From an uncultured virus (IMG/VR IMGVR_UViG_2645728028_000003) (taxonomy: Duplodnaviria; Heunggongvirae; Uroviricota; Caudoviricetes): a stretch of 64,000 nt of DNA. Position numbers and translations under genes: made by a program. The stretch's first letter is position 1; each line of letters starts with the position of its first letter. The DNA lies in IMG/VR virus record IMGVR_UViG_2645728028_000003, positions 1 through 64,000 of that record. One strand, 5' to 3'. Shown here in pieces: positions 28,491 through 37,854 of the stretch. The notes below the pieces were generated by a model. The model saw only the letters and a program-made list of their open reading frames with translations, did not search any database and was not told where the DNA came from.

Positions 28491-28712
28491 TAGATACCAC
28501 CCTTTTACATTTTATTCTAATTGTCGTTCTTTTTTTTTTCTAAATCAAGACCTTTATGAGTTGTTTCCCCAAAACATTTCCATATTAATAAGTCATAAGT
28601 TGTAAGTTATAAATTATAACAATTTCATAACTGGACTGAGACTAATCTTTATTAATTAAGAATTCACAAAACAGACACAAGGACTTTTTCCCTATTGTAG
28701 CTAATTATTGCA

Positions 28713-28946
28713 TTGGGAGGGATAAAGTTGAAGAGCAAAAATAATATTAAACCGCATTGTCATGTTTGCATGGAAGAATTTATGATGGGTGTTGATGTTG
28801 TGATGGACGGTACCTTTAAAGGGATCATTCATGCAGATTGTAACTATCTACCGCCAGATGAGATTGAAGATCGGGGGAAATTTGAGGATGTTGTCATGAG
28901 GAACCAAAGGTGGTTTAACCAATTTAATCATGTTATTATGCACTGA
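28713..28946 (+). CDS. Small Zn-finger-like protein
   Basis: CHVC...HADC; followed by a terminator. Confidence 0.55.
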   Translation: MGGIKLKSKNNIKPHCHVCMEEFMMGVDVVMDGTFKGIIHADCNYLPPDEIEDRGKFEDVVMRNQRWFNQFNHVIMH

Positions 28947-28983
28947 AATAGAAGCCCCTCTCGATTTCAAGAAGGGCTTTCTC

Positions 28984-29018
28984 CTTATTGAACAAAAGGG
29001 GCAGGTTAGTAAAATAAC
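28984..29018. repeat. R-type imperfect palindrome
   Basis: CTTATTGAACAAAAGGGGCAGGTTAGTAAAATAAC; relatives at 7465, 9477, 29612, 33660 and 33783/35561. Confidence 0.6.
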
Positions 29019-29088
29019 ATTTTGGATTTGGAGGAAATTGGTAACTCCTTGTCGAATAATCACCCTATAAATTTTAGGGGGAAGCAAA

Positions 29089-29502
29089 ATGAACTATACA
29101 ATTGTAGAAGATTTTAATGAAAGCCTATTAGAGGAGTTGCAAAGCTTATTCCAAAAAGAATGGTGGACACAAAAGCGACAATTACCTGACATTAGGGAAA
29201 TGATTTCAAACAGCGGCATAGTAATTGGCATTATCAACAATGACACATCGGAGTTACTGGGATTTGGAAGAGCAATAACCGACTCTCAGTATAGAGCATT
29301 TATTTTTGATGTCATTGTTAAAGAACAGTATCGCAGTACAGGTCTCGGTAAATTATTATTAGAATCGATATTATCTCACCCTAGAATAGTTAATGTTGAC
29401 CGAGTTGAACTTTACTGTCCAGAGAGGCTAGTTCCTTATTATGAAAAGTTTGCCTTTTCCACAGAAGTTAACGGGAGTCAATTAATGAGATTAAAAGGGT
29501 AA
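29089..29502 (+). CDS. GNAT-family acetyltransferase
   Basis: LLGFGRAITD...IFDVIVKEQYRSTGLGK...YYEKFAF. Confidence 0.9.
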   Translation: MNYTIVEDFNESLLEELQSLFQKEWWTQKRQLPDIREMISNSGIVIGIINNDTSELLGFGRAITDSQYRAFIFDVIVKEQYRSTGLGKLLLESILSHPRIVNVDRVELYCPERLVPYYEKFAFSTEVNGSQLMRLKG

Positions 29503-29688
29503 TACAAAGTAGGCTGAGAATAAGTTCAGGCGGATAATAATGCTCTTTTTTTTCGGTTAATACTAACTGATAAGGTTCCTTATTGTGAAGAAATGGCGTA
29601 ATAAAAGAGGACTTAAACAAACGAGTGCGTTAATTGAAAACAGCAGCCTATAATAAAGCCCCTCTCGAACTGAGAAGGGCTTTTGCAT

Positions 29689-30231
29689 TTATTTCAGGAA
29701 CTCTCCAACAGCCGTAGCCGTTTCAAATCTATCTGCACCAGATAACAGAGTAACTTTGTCTGCTACTATGCCATCTTTAGTGCCCCCTACAACATACAGT
29801 TCTTTTGCTACTTTCTTCCCTTTAACCGTTGAACGCAGATAAATTGGAGCTTTGAGGTTCAATGCAAGCCTCTCAGCTGCAGGGAAATCAGCAAACCCAT
29901 TGATTACAATTGCTTTTCCTAACATATCATCTTCCTCCTTTGGTTTTTGTACTGGTTTAGGTTTAGGGGCCGGCTTTGGTTTCGGTTTTTCAAGAGGTTT
30001 TAACAAATCCATATCCGCCGTTCCTGTTGTCCGGTTATCTTCGTGTTTTATATATTCCTCCGTCGCACCCTCTACCCATCCATTCTCTGTCCACCGTGGT
30101 TTATACAACAAAGGCGGGACGGGTTCTTTTATTAGGTTTGCTTCCAAGACATCCGTATCCTTAACGGCAACGGTATCAACAATGAAGCCATTTTCATCAA
30201 TCAGTTTAGCTTCGATAAACAAATGATTCAC
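29689..30231 (-). pseudogene. Chimera of a 37513-37848 paralogue and an endolysin C-terminus
   Basis: N-terminal part matches 37614-37848; C-terminal part matches the end of 35631-36509. Confidence 0.8.
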
Positions 30232-30237
30232 CTCTTT

Positions 30238-30361
30238 TTAATTGGCATACAAGAAATAAATACCGTCAAGAGATAGCCAATTACCGGAAACCGTTGCGGT
30301 TACTTTTCCATCGGGTGCAATGGTTATTCTGGATGTCCCCACGGAAGAATTGGACCATGTG
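30238..30361 (-). pseudogene. Orphan copy of the tail protein C-terminus
   Basis: TWSNSSVGTSRITIAPDGK...IYFLYAN, identical in protein to the end of 37855-41103. Confidence 0.85.
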
Positions 30362-30562
30362 TATATCTCTCCAAAACAGCTAATTACTTTGCGGATCATA
30401 GCAGCTACCCTGTCACTATGCCTAGGGATGAGGGGCAACATTATTACGAATTATCTTTTTTCTATTTCTTTTAAATTACAATAAAACGCTGCTACAAGAA
30501 TCTATACTGATTTGTTGAACAAGCATAAGATAAATTGAATCTAATTTTAAAGGAGGAACAAT

Positions 30563-30910
30563 ATGGGAAAAGATAGAAATCGTGTTATTAATGTCACTCT
30601 CCTCGCGTGGGTCCCGAGCACGGGCGCGTTGACCTTCTTCTTTGAAGGTGGTTTTACGACGGCGAGAGTCTTGTCGACGACAACCACGCGGCGTGCGCAG
30701 CTCAATCGGTTCCTTCCCGGAGATCCGATCTTCCCCCTTGTAACGCGTTGGAACGCACTCATCTCGTCGGGGCGGACGACCTTCGGTCAAACGAATACCG
30801 ACAACCCAAACACCTTTAGCGGGATCACAAACCAGCTCGTGTCCTTAAACGCGCGTATGCGAATCCAGCTCCGGAGTGGGATCTTGGTCGCCCTTCGCCC
30901 CATTCCTTAG
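30563..30910 (+). CDS. Hypothetical protein, GC-rich
   Basis: RBS AAAGGAGG; composition differs from flanks. Confidence 0.65.
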   Translation: MGKDRNRVINVTLLAWVPSTGALTFFFEGGFTTARVLSTTTTRRAQLNRFLPGDPIFPLVTRWNALISSGRTTFGQTNTDNPNTFSGITNQLVSLNARMRIQLRSGILVALRPIP

Positions 30911-31062
30911 TCGCAATTAAAATCCCACTTTTTTATTCAGCTGTCAGGCTTCTTAAGAAGCTAGAAACGTTGATAAATCAATCATGTATAAAATCATGCA
31001 TAATCAATAAAAAATGAACAAGAGCCAAACCCTTAATACTACTGGGTTTGGCTTTTTGGCTT

Positions 31063-31090
31063 ACTTCTTAAAATTGACATTATGTTCGTG
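31063..31090 (+). other. Degenerate dif-like Xer site
   Basis: ACTTCTTAAAA-TTGACA-TTATGTTCGTG; upstream flank 30947-31062 homologous to 7531-7647. Confidence 0.55.
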
Positions 31091-31211
31091 TATAGGGTAT
31101 ACATCGAATTATTAGTACTAGATATAAAACCTTCACAGTATATTGATAATGTATATTTTTTTTCAAATATAGGTTTCAGAAAAATATGACTTAAGGAGGA
31201 GGAAACTATAT

Positions 31212-32159
31212 ATGGCTCTGATACGAGGTGAATCTTCAAATCCGAACGAACCGGCAGTTCTCGGTACAAGCAATGCTCCAGATCAGGGAATGGGGGTAAT
31301 GGGAACAGCTACACGTGGGTCCGGCGTAATCGGAACGAGCGTCGACTGGATTGGCGTGTATGGAGAGAGCAATAATTATGAGGGTGTGCGAGGTACATCC
31401 AAGAACAAGGACCATGCAGGGGTCGTGGGTACCAATGAAGCGGGAGGAAGTGCCTTTTATGGTGAGGGCTCCGCTGGGCTCATTGCAGTCGGAAAGCAAT
31501 GGGTCGGTGTCTATGGCGAGACCCAAGCCCAACCAGGTGTTGGGTCCGCGGGGGTCTGGGGTGATGGAAAAAACGGGGGTGACGGTGTCAAGGGGCATGC
31601 GAGCGCACCAGGGAAATCGGCGGTGGCCGGAATCCACCTCACAAATCAAGGCCCAGGCATCCGCGGTAAGGGTTCTCCCGCTGGTTTTTTCGAGGGCGAT
31701 GTCCATGTTACTGGTAATATCAGAGCCAATGGTGACATCATTCTCTCAAATGCAGATTGTGCTGAAGACTTTGATGTATTCGAGGCTGATACAATCGAAC
31801 CTGGGACTGTTATGATTTTTGGTGAAGGGGATTCGTTACTACAAAGTCAGTATGCATACGATAAACGAGTTGTAGGTGTGATCTCTGGCGCAGGCAATTA
31901 CAAGCCTGGTATTATTTTAGATAAACAGCAATCACTGATAAACAGAAAACCAGTTGCTCTGATGGGAAAAGTATATTGTAAAGTAGATGCAGGCTACGCA
32001 CCAATTAAGGTAGGAGACTTACTTACCACATCTGACACCCCGGGACATGCGATGAAGGCAACGGATCCTTTGAAAGCCTTTGGCACAGTTATTGGCAAGG
32101 CAATGCACCCATTGAAAGAAGGCCAAGGGTTAATCCCAATCCTGGTTGCCTTACAGTAA
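31212..32159 (+). CDS. GVxG-repeat protein with C-terminal intramolecular-chaperone-like (peptidase G2 IMC-like) domain
   Basis: GVYGES repeats; ADCAEDF..EPGTVM..VVGVIS..VALMGKVYCKV..IKVGDLLTTS..GHAMK. Confidence 0.75.
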   Translation: MALIRGESSNPNEPAVLGTSNAPDQGMGVMGTATRGSGVIGTSVDWIGVYGESNNYEGVRGTSKNKDHAGVVGTNEAGGSAFYGEGSAGLIAVGKQWVGVYGETQAQPGVGSAGVWGDGKNGGDGVKGHASAPGKSAVAGIHLTNQGPGIRGKGSPAGFFEGDVHVTGNIRANGDIILSNADCAEDFDVFEADTIEPGTVMIFGEGDSLLQSQYAYDKRVVGVISGAGNYKPGIILDKQQSLINRKPVALMGKVYCKVDAGYAPIKVGDLLTTSDTPGHAMKATDPLKAFGTVIGKAMHPLKEGQGLIPILVALQ

Positions 32160-32175
32160 AAGGAGGGAAAGAGCT

Positions 32176-33312
32176 ATGAGTACGAAATTTCGCTGGGCTG
32201 TGCTCCTTTGCAATTGCCAGGGCACCTCTACCAATCAGACGGCCCAGCAATTCTTCGTCAACCTGTTCACGCCAGGACTAGGAGGAGCCATCGATTACTG
32301 GAGCGATATGTCGTTCGGTGAACTGGATCTAACAAACTCGTCTGTCTTTAGTTGGGTGACTTTGTCGATTACGACGGCGCAGGCACTCAACACACGTAGA
32401 AGCGATGCTATTAACATGGGTATCGATGCCCATAAGGCGGCAGGACATGACCTTCGTGGCTTTGACCAGATTCTAGTTTATATTGACGTTCCGTTTATTG
32501 GTCAGAACATAACGGAGGGTGGACAGCAAGGCGCTGGGTCAGCTCAGGGACGAGTGCTGACTGATCAGGGCGTGATGCGTTCCGACTTCATCATGCATGA
32601 GATGGGGCATGGCCACGGGCTGAAGGATGAATCGTATGACATAATGGGGAACGCCTACGGGGACCCGTACTGCATCATGAGCGCCATGTCATACGGCGGT
32701 ACGGACCCCACGTTCATGGACCCGCGCTTCGGCCCTTCAGGTCCATCTTTATGCTCTCCGTACATTTTTTCTAAAAATTGGCTACCACAACAAAACACGG
32801 TTCTTATAGAGAGTAACGGCAAATGGCCGAAGACAACCCATCTAACATTGAGTCCGTTCGAAAGAGGCACAACAGGAAGTCCCCAGGTGGCGATCATTCG
32901 CTTCACGCATCCCTTTACGACAAGCTATTTCATCGACTATCACCAAGCAGCTGGTTGGGATCGGGGTCTTTCGCAAGATGCTGTGGTCATACGCCAGTAT
33001 AGGCCGGACGGAAAATCATACTACGCTGGAAGGATTGCAACATCAGTCGCACATGTAGGTGGAGTAGTACTGCTCCCCGAGGGGGGTTATCTTGATAAGC
33101 AGTTTGATCTTTCTGTCGATACTACCCGCGTACTAGCAGACGGTCGGGTTGAGCTCACGATTGCTCCTGCAGCAGCACTGCAGACGCTAAGTGTACGAAC
33201 TGTAGCGCGCAATAAGCTGGGGCTTAACAGTGGGTTCTCTATACGAGGTAGCATCATGCGACCGGGGACGAACTCACTTCGCTGGAGTCTTGTCGAGATC
33301 CTTGGCGACTGA
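32176..33312 (+). CDS. Metzincin-type zinc metalloprotease (M6/M11-like)
   Basis: HEMGHGHGL, YGDPYCIMS Met-turn, DYWSDMSFG. Confidence 0.75.
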   Translation: MSTKFRWAVLLCNCQGTSTNQTAQQFFVNLFTPGLGGAIDYWSDMSFGELDLTNSSVFSWVTLSITTAQALNTRRSDAINMGIDAHKAAGHDLRGFDQILVYIDVPFIGQNITEGGQQGAGSAQGRVLTDQGVMRSDFIMHEMGHGHGLKDESYDIMGNAYGDPYCIMSAMSYGGTDPTFMDPRFGPSGPSLCSPYIFSKNWLPQQNTVLIESNGKWPKTTHLTLSPFERGTTGSPQVAIIRFTHPFTTSYFIDYHQAAGWDRGLSQDAVVIRQYRPDGKSYYAGRIATSVAHVGGVVLLPEGGYLDKQFDLSVDTTRVLADGRVELTIAPAAALQTLSVRTVARNKLGLNSGFSIRGSIMRPGTNSLRWSLVEILGD

Positions 33313-33465
33313 CACACGCTACGGGAAGGCGGAGCAGATATTCATGAAATCCCTGCTCTACACCGGAAGGTGCCTAGGTGGAGGGATTCCACCGCCTCCG
33401 CGTAAACAAAAACACCCTTCAGACCTTATTCTGAAGGGTGTTTTTAGAGAATGTTAGATAGATTG

Positions 33466-33494
33466 ACTACTGATAATCCTTAGTTATGTCAACA
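33466..33494 (+). other. dif-like Xer site (7-bp spacer)
   Basis: ACTACTGATAA-TCCTTAG-TTATGTCAACA. Confidence 0.6.
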
Positions 33495-33534
33495 AAAATA
33501 GGTTGCGTACCTTTTGGATAATCAACCTGTTTTA

Positions 33535-33563
33535 ATTACCTATAACACTCAATTATGTTAACT
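33535..33563 (+). other. dif-like Xer site (7-bp spacer)
   Basis: ATTACCTATAA-CACTCAA-TTATGTTAACT; downstream ~130 bp homologous to 9382-9505. Confidence 0.7.
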
Positions 33564-33964
33564 AAACATAATCAGGAATACGATAATCTTATTCCTCAAA
33601 CCGGGAGCAAAAACAGAAGATTGTAATGTTATGCCTTTAATATTATCTTGATATCGAGTCTTCAAGAAAAGGGCGCTTTTCTTTAATAAGAAGGCGTCTT
33701 TTTGTATTGAGTAAGATTCTAGAAAAATATATTTATGGGATTGGATTATGTTAAAGTATAAAAGAGATTGTGAAGGTTTCTACTTAAACTCCCTCAGTTT
33801 AATACGATTATCTTCCGAATACTCGCTTATTCGCAGGATTTCATCCACCTAGGATTACATTTAATTGAATGTAAGGAGTAGATTCTGGACATTTGGCTAC
33901 GTGAAGGCATAGTTAAATAGAGGAGTAGGATTATACTCCATATTTTACCATGTGATGTACTTCT

Positions 33965-34110
33965 CCACGCCGCCCCTGGAGGCTTTCCCTCCCATGTCTC
34001 AACGGGTCAATCGCCCTCTCATTCCTTCGTCATGCCTATCCAAGGGGTGGAGGCCAGTCTAGCTAACGGAATGGGTCAGTGCCCTTTTGTTTAAGTAACC
34101 TGGTACTCCG
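33965..34110 (-). ncRNA. Putative IS110 bridge RNA (ends approximate)
   Basis: Two internal loops with GGGC..TGACCC hairpins; guides match the target and the donor junction. Confidence 0.75.
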
Positions 34111-34178
34111 TACATATTTGAGATCCTGCGAATAAGCCAACATTCGATCTAATTTCTCTTCGAAAAAATTTGTTTAAA

Positions 34179-35453
34179 CTAAGCTGCCAGCTCTGTTAGG
34201 GGTCGAACTTTTTCTGGACAATACGATTCGTTATTACGTGCCATTCCTACAAAAATCCTGGCCAATTTCCCAACCAGTTTCATTATCGATTTCATCTTTT
34301 TCATTTTCTTGACTTTCACATTATTGGAGTGGACAGCCTTAAACTCAGCGTTGTTTATTACCAGGCTGATAGTGGCCAGGTAAAGGAAACGCCTGAGTCT
34401 TGACCTTCCACGTTTTGATAAGACAATTTGTCCTTTCCATTTCCCAGAACTAGCTTCAGAGAGATGGAGCCCTGCGTGGCGGAGTAAAGAATTACCGTGC
34501 GAAAACCCACTTAAATCTCCTGCTTCGCCTAAAATACCGGCTAAAGAAATATCACTAATTCCCTTGATCTTAAGCAGTTTATCGGCGAAAGGAATTTTAA
34601 GAAGTTCTTTCTTGATTGTCAGCTCGACTCTGTTTAGTTGTTGAACCGCAAGGTCATACTCTTCGAGTAATTGTTCCAGATGAAATTTATAGGCCTCTAT
34701 GGCTTGCATTGTACCGACAGATTTCCTGGCTACATTGAGAAGTAAATAGGCTTTCTTTAACCCAGGCTGTCTTTTCATGAGTGATTTCCAACCGGAAACG
34801 ATCTCATCTGGATTCATGGAACCTAGTTCCATCGGAGTTGGAAAAAGCCGCAGTGTGGCGATTGCCCCTTTTGCGGTAATGTCTTTAAAGACTTGCCTGA
34901 GTTCGGGAAAAACAATGTCCACCCAGCGATTTAATTGATTAATAGAGCTTACAAGCCTTTTAACAACAACATCCCGGTTAGACATGAGAACCCTGAGTTT
35001 TTCAAACGGTTCAGAAGCAAGTCTCACAAAGGAGTAGTAACCATTCTTCACCATATCGGCTATGACGAGGGCATCTTTCTTATCACTCTTTGATTGCGTA
35101 TTATCACGATTTTCTTTATTCCTTTTAACCAAATGTGGATTAACCGTTACTACCTCAATATTTCGCTTTATGAGCCATTTTGAAAGGTTAATCCAATAAT
35201 GGCCTGTTGGTTCCATTCCGACAATGGATACCTCTAATTTATGTAATCTTTTAAGATTATTAATCCAGTTTAATAGGGCCGAGAAACCTTCTTCGTCGTT
35301 TTGAAAAGTGATTGGATCTCCTAGAACAATTCCACGAAAATTGACAGCCCTGGCTACATGGAATTGTTGGGCAATATCTACTCCAATTACAAGATGCTTG
35401 TCAGAAATTCTTTCGATTAGTTGATTTTGTTTGTCCTGCATTTTAAACTTCAT
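34179..35453 (-). CDS. IS110 recombinase/transposase
   Basis: DEDD motif (GVDIA, GMEPTG, KSDKKDA); C-terminal SSGK...SKRG. Confidence 0.95.
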   Translation of the reverse strand: MKFKMQDKQNQLIERISDKHLVIGVDIAQQFHVARAVNFRGIVLGDPITFQNDEEGFSALLNWINNLKRLHKLEVSIVGMEPTGHYWINLSKWLIKRNIEVVTVNPHLVKRNKENRDNTQSKSDKKDALVIADMVKNGYYSFVRLASEPFEKLRVLMSNRDVVVKRLVSSINQLNRWVDIVFPELRQVFKDITAKGAIATLRLFPTPMELGSMNPDEIVSGWKSLMKRQPGLKKAYLLLNVARKSVGTMQAIEAYKFHLEQLLEEYDLAVQQLNRVELTIKKELLKIPFADKLLKIKGISDISLAGILGEAGDLSGFSHGNSLLRHAGLHLSEASSGKWKGQIVLSKRGRSRLRRFLYLATISLVINNAEFKAVHSNNVKVKKMKKMKSIMKLVGKLARIFVGMARNNESYCPEKVRPLTELAA

Positions 35454-35596
35454 AGTAAGGGTTCCTCCTAAGGTTTGAGTTAGAGTGGTGTCTTTACTCA
35501 TATCTTACTGAGGAGCCCTGTTTTTATCAAAGCTCAAATTTAGTGATCTACAGGAATGCTATAGGGTGCGTTTGTTCATTAAAATAATCTATAATA

Positions 35597-35627
35597 AAGC
35601 CCCTCTCAACTGAGAAGGGCTTTTTTT
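35597..35627 (-). terminator. Lysis-operon terminator
   Basis: AAGCCCCTCTC/GAGAAGGGCTT; related copies at ~28952 and ~29657. Confidence 0.75.
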
Positions 35628-35630
35628 ATA

Positions 35631-36509
35631 TTATTTAAGGAACTCCCCAACTGCAGCTGCTGTCTCGAAACGATCAGCACCAGAAAGCAAAGTAACCTTA
35701 TCAGCTACCATTCCATCCTTGGTACCGCCAACAACATATAATTCTTTGGCCACTTTTTGACCTTTAACAATAGAGCGCAAGTAGACGGGAGCTTTTAGTT
35801 TAAGCGCAAGCCTCTCTGCCACAGGGAAATCTGCAAATCCGTTGATTACAATTGCTTTTTTCAACATATCATCTTCCTCCTTTGGTTTTGGTTCTGGTTT
35901 CGGTTTTTGAACTGGCTTTGTAGGTGGCTTTTCTGTTACCTTCTTTTTCAACCCAGCATACTTTGCAACACCAGAAGCCGCAGCATAACCGGCAGCACGC
36001 AAAACCTTGTCATCTCGAAGCTTTTTGATATCAATAGTGGAATCCATATACCCTCCTTCAAGAAGGATGGAAGGCATTTTCGTTTCACGCAAGATTTGAA
36101 AATCAGCTTTCTTTAATCCTCTATCTTTGAGACCGTATGCTTCCACAAGACGAGAGTGCACATATCCAGCGAGCCTTTCAGCATCTGGCCAGGATCCTAA
36201 ATAGGTATAAGTTTCTGTGCCTGTCCAGGTCCCCCATCTGGCTAGATATGCATTGTGGTGGAATGATATATAAAGATCAGCTCCCCATCTGTTAGCCTTA
36301 TCTACCCTGTCATCGAGAGATACGTCTTTTCGTCCGGTTCGGTCATCTGTCCTTAAAAATACAACGTCTTCATATTTTTTCAGGGCTTGTTCAAATGCCA
36401 AAATGACCTTGTTATTAAAATCCCATTCATATTCATTTGCAGGTGATCTTTTGCCTGCAGTTACTCCAAATCCTGCATGACCTGCACATCCAGCTAGCTT
36501 AAGGACCAA
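35631..36509 (-). CDS. Endolysin, N-acetylmuramoyl-L-alanine amidase (Amidase_3)
   Basis: AGHAG, YEW, ISFHHNA, ILLEGGYMD; C-terminal SGADRFET cell-wall-binding repeat. Confidence 0.95.
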   Translation of the reverse strand: MVLKLAGCAGHAGFGVTAGKRSPANEYEWDFNNKVILAFEQALKKYEDVVFLRTDDRTGRKDVSLDDRVDKANRWGADLYISFHHNAYLARWGTWTGTETYTYLGSWPDAERLAGYVHSRLVEAYGLKDRGLKKADFQILRETKMPSILLEGGYMDSTIDIKKLRDDKVLRAAGYAAASGVAKYAGLKKKVTEKPPTKPVQKPKPEPKPKEEDDMLKKAIVINGFADFPVAERLALKLKAPVYLRSIVKGQKVAKELYVVGGTKDGMVADKVTLLSGADRFETAAAVGEFLK

Positions 36510-36554
36510 TTAAAACCCTCTCCTTTCAAAATATAAGCCACCCAAAAGGGCAGC

Positions 36555-36821
36555 TTATTTAGGCCATTGGTATCGTTTTGCCTGCTGGCTATCCTCAATT
36601 CCCCTTGTAGTGGGATCATTCAAGGCATTCCATACACTCACGATTATCAGCAGAAGAACGTAGGGATTTGAGAAAGCACCACCCAATAAATTAAAAACAG
36701 AACCCCAAGTAGTGAGGTCCTGTGCAGTTAATCCATAATAACCGAGTAAAGGTACAAAAAAGGCAAGAAATAGTTGAGCAAGAAATACAGGATTTTTAAA
36801 TCTTACTTTCCAGTTGATCAT
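36555..36821 (-). CDS. Holin, phi LC3 family
   Basis: MINWKVRFKNP...DPTTRGIEDS. Confidence 0.9.
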   Translation of the reverse strand: MINWKVRFKNPVFLAQLFLAFFVPLLGYYGLTAQDLTTWGSVFNLLGGAFSNPYVLLLIIVSVWNALNDPTTRGIEDSQQAKRYQWPK

Positions 36822-36989
36822 ATCCTATTACCCTCCGATCTTAGAATATCTCGATTGATTAATTGACCAATATCTTTATATATTTCTTGTGCTACAACCT
36901 TGCCATCAATCGTAATAGCTACCTTTGTTTCTTGCTTCTGGTTTGCTTTGTTATAACCATCGACAAAGCCTTTAAGATAATCATCCATA

Positions 36990-37268
36990 TTATTGTCCTC
37001 CCTTTAATACGTTATAAAAAATAGCGATTGCCCCGCCTATAATCCCGGTGCTAATCGCTGTAATGATGGCTGCTGTAATTGTCCTTTTAATCCAAGTTGT
37101 GTTTTCATCAATCTTGTTCAGCTTTTCATTCATTGAGATGATCTGCTGGTCATGACGATCAGAGGTTCTCTCCAAATTGTTAACCCGATTTTCCAATGCC
37201 TTAATATCACCTTTCATTTCGGTGATTTCTTTATCATACGCATTCAATGCTGTCGCCTCCTGTGTCAC
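36990..37268 (-). CDS. XhlA-family lysis protein
   Basis: Coiled coil, KIDENTTWIKR, C-terminal TM. Confidence 0.8.
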   Translation of the reverse strand: MTQEATALNAYDKEITEMKGDIKALENRVNNLERTSDRHDQQIISMNEKLNKIDENTTWIKRTITAAIITAISTGIIGGAIAIFYNVLKGGQ

Positions 37269-37306
37269 TCACAATCCCCCCTTGAAGGCTTTATTATATT
37301 TCTCTA

Positions 37307-37459
37307 TTAATTAGCTGCAGGTGGCTGATAATCGCCAGCTAAAAACTCTACACCACTATCCTTCAAGTGCTCGTATGTTGCTGGCTTTAATGATTCTGGA
37401 ACATCCTCAAATGCAGTCTTTCCTAAAATCACTCTCTGTGCAAAAAACATTGCCATCAT
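37307..37459 (-). CDS. Small XkdX/CD1375-like phage protein
   Basis: AQRVILGKTAFEDVP; located after the tail genes; an N base lies just upstream. Confidence 0.6.
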   Translation of the reverse strand: MMAMFFAQRVILGKTAFEDVPESLKPATYEHLKDSGVEFLAGDYQPPAAN

Positions 37460-37512
37460 AATCTCATCTCCTAAGTAAATNAGTAAATTAGTATCTATAA
37501 AAAATCGGACTA

Positions 37513-37848
37513 TCATGGGTAGACTAGCATTGCCATTTCAGCAATGATCTCCTCATGGAAGTCCGATCTATCTGAAGATGCTTGAATCTGCGCTTTTAAT
37601 AAAGTGTTTTCTTGTTTTAACAAATCCATATCCGCAGTTCCTTTTGTCCGATTATCTTCGTTTTTTATATATTCTTCCGTCGCACCCTCTACCCATCCAT
37701 TCTCTGTCCACCGCGGTTTATACAACAAAGGCGGGACGGGTATTTTTATTAGGTTTGACTCCAATACGTCCGAATCTTTCACGATAACGGGATCAATAAT
37801 AAAGCCATTTTCATCAATCAACCTAGCTTCGATAAACAAGTTATTCAC
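37513..37848 (-). CDS. Tail-associated hypothetical protein (possible fibre chaperone)
   Basis: LYKPRWTENGWVEGAT; follows the tail protein. Confidence 0.65.
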   Translation of the reverse strand: MNNLFIEARLIDENGFIIDPVIVKDSDVLESNLIKIPVPPLLYKPRWTENGWVEGATEEYIKNEDNRTKGTADMDLLKQENTLLKAQIQASSDRSDFHEEIIAEMAMLVYP

Positions 37849-37854
37849 CTCTTT

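Larger units (their letters stand above)
33791..35560 (-). mobile_element. IS110-family insertion sequence
   Basis: CT core at 33789-33790 and 35559-35560; removing the IS restores an R palindrome; long non-coding end 3' of the transposase. Confidence 0.85.

Noticed and set aside
31074..31088. SOS box or -35 TTGACA upstream of the 31212 gene
   Set aside because: Left half is a poor LexA match; the sequence is better explained as part of the dif-like site, though promoter overlap is possible
33746..33756. Additional XerD-like arm TTATGTTAAAG
   Set aside because: No XerC-like arm at the proper spacing
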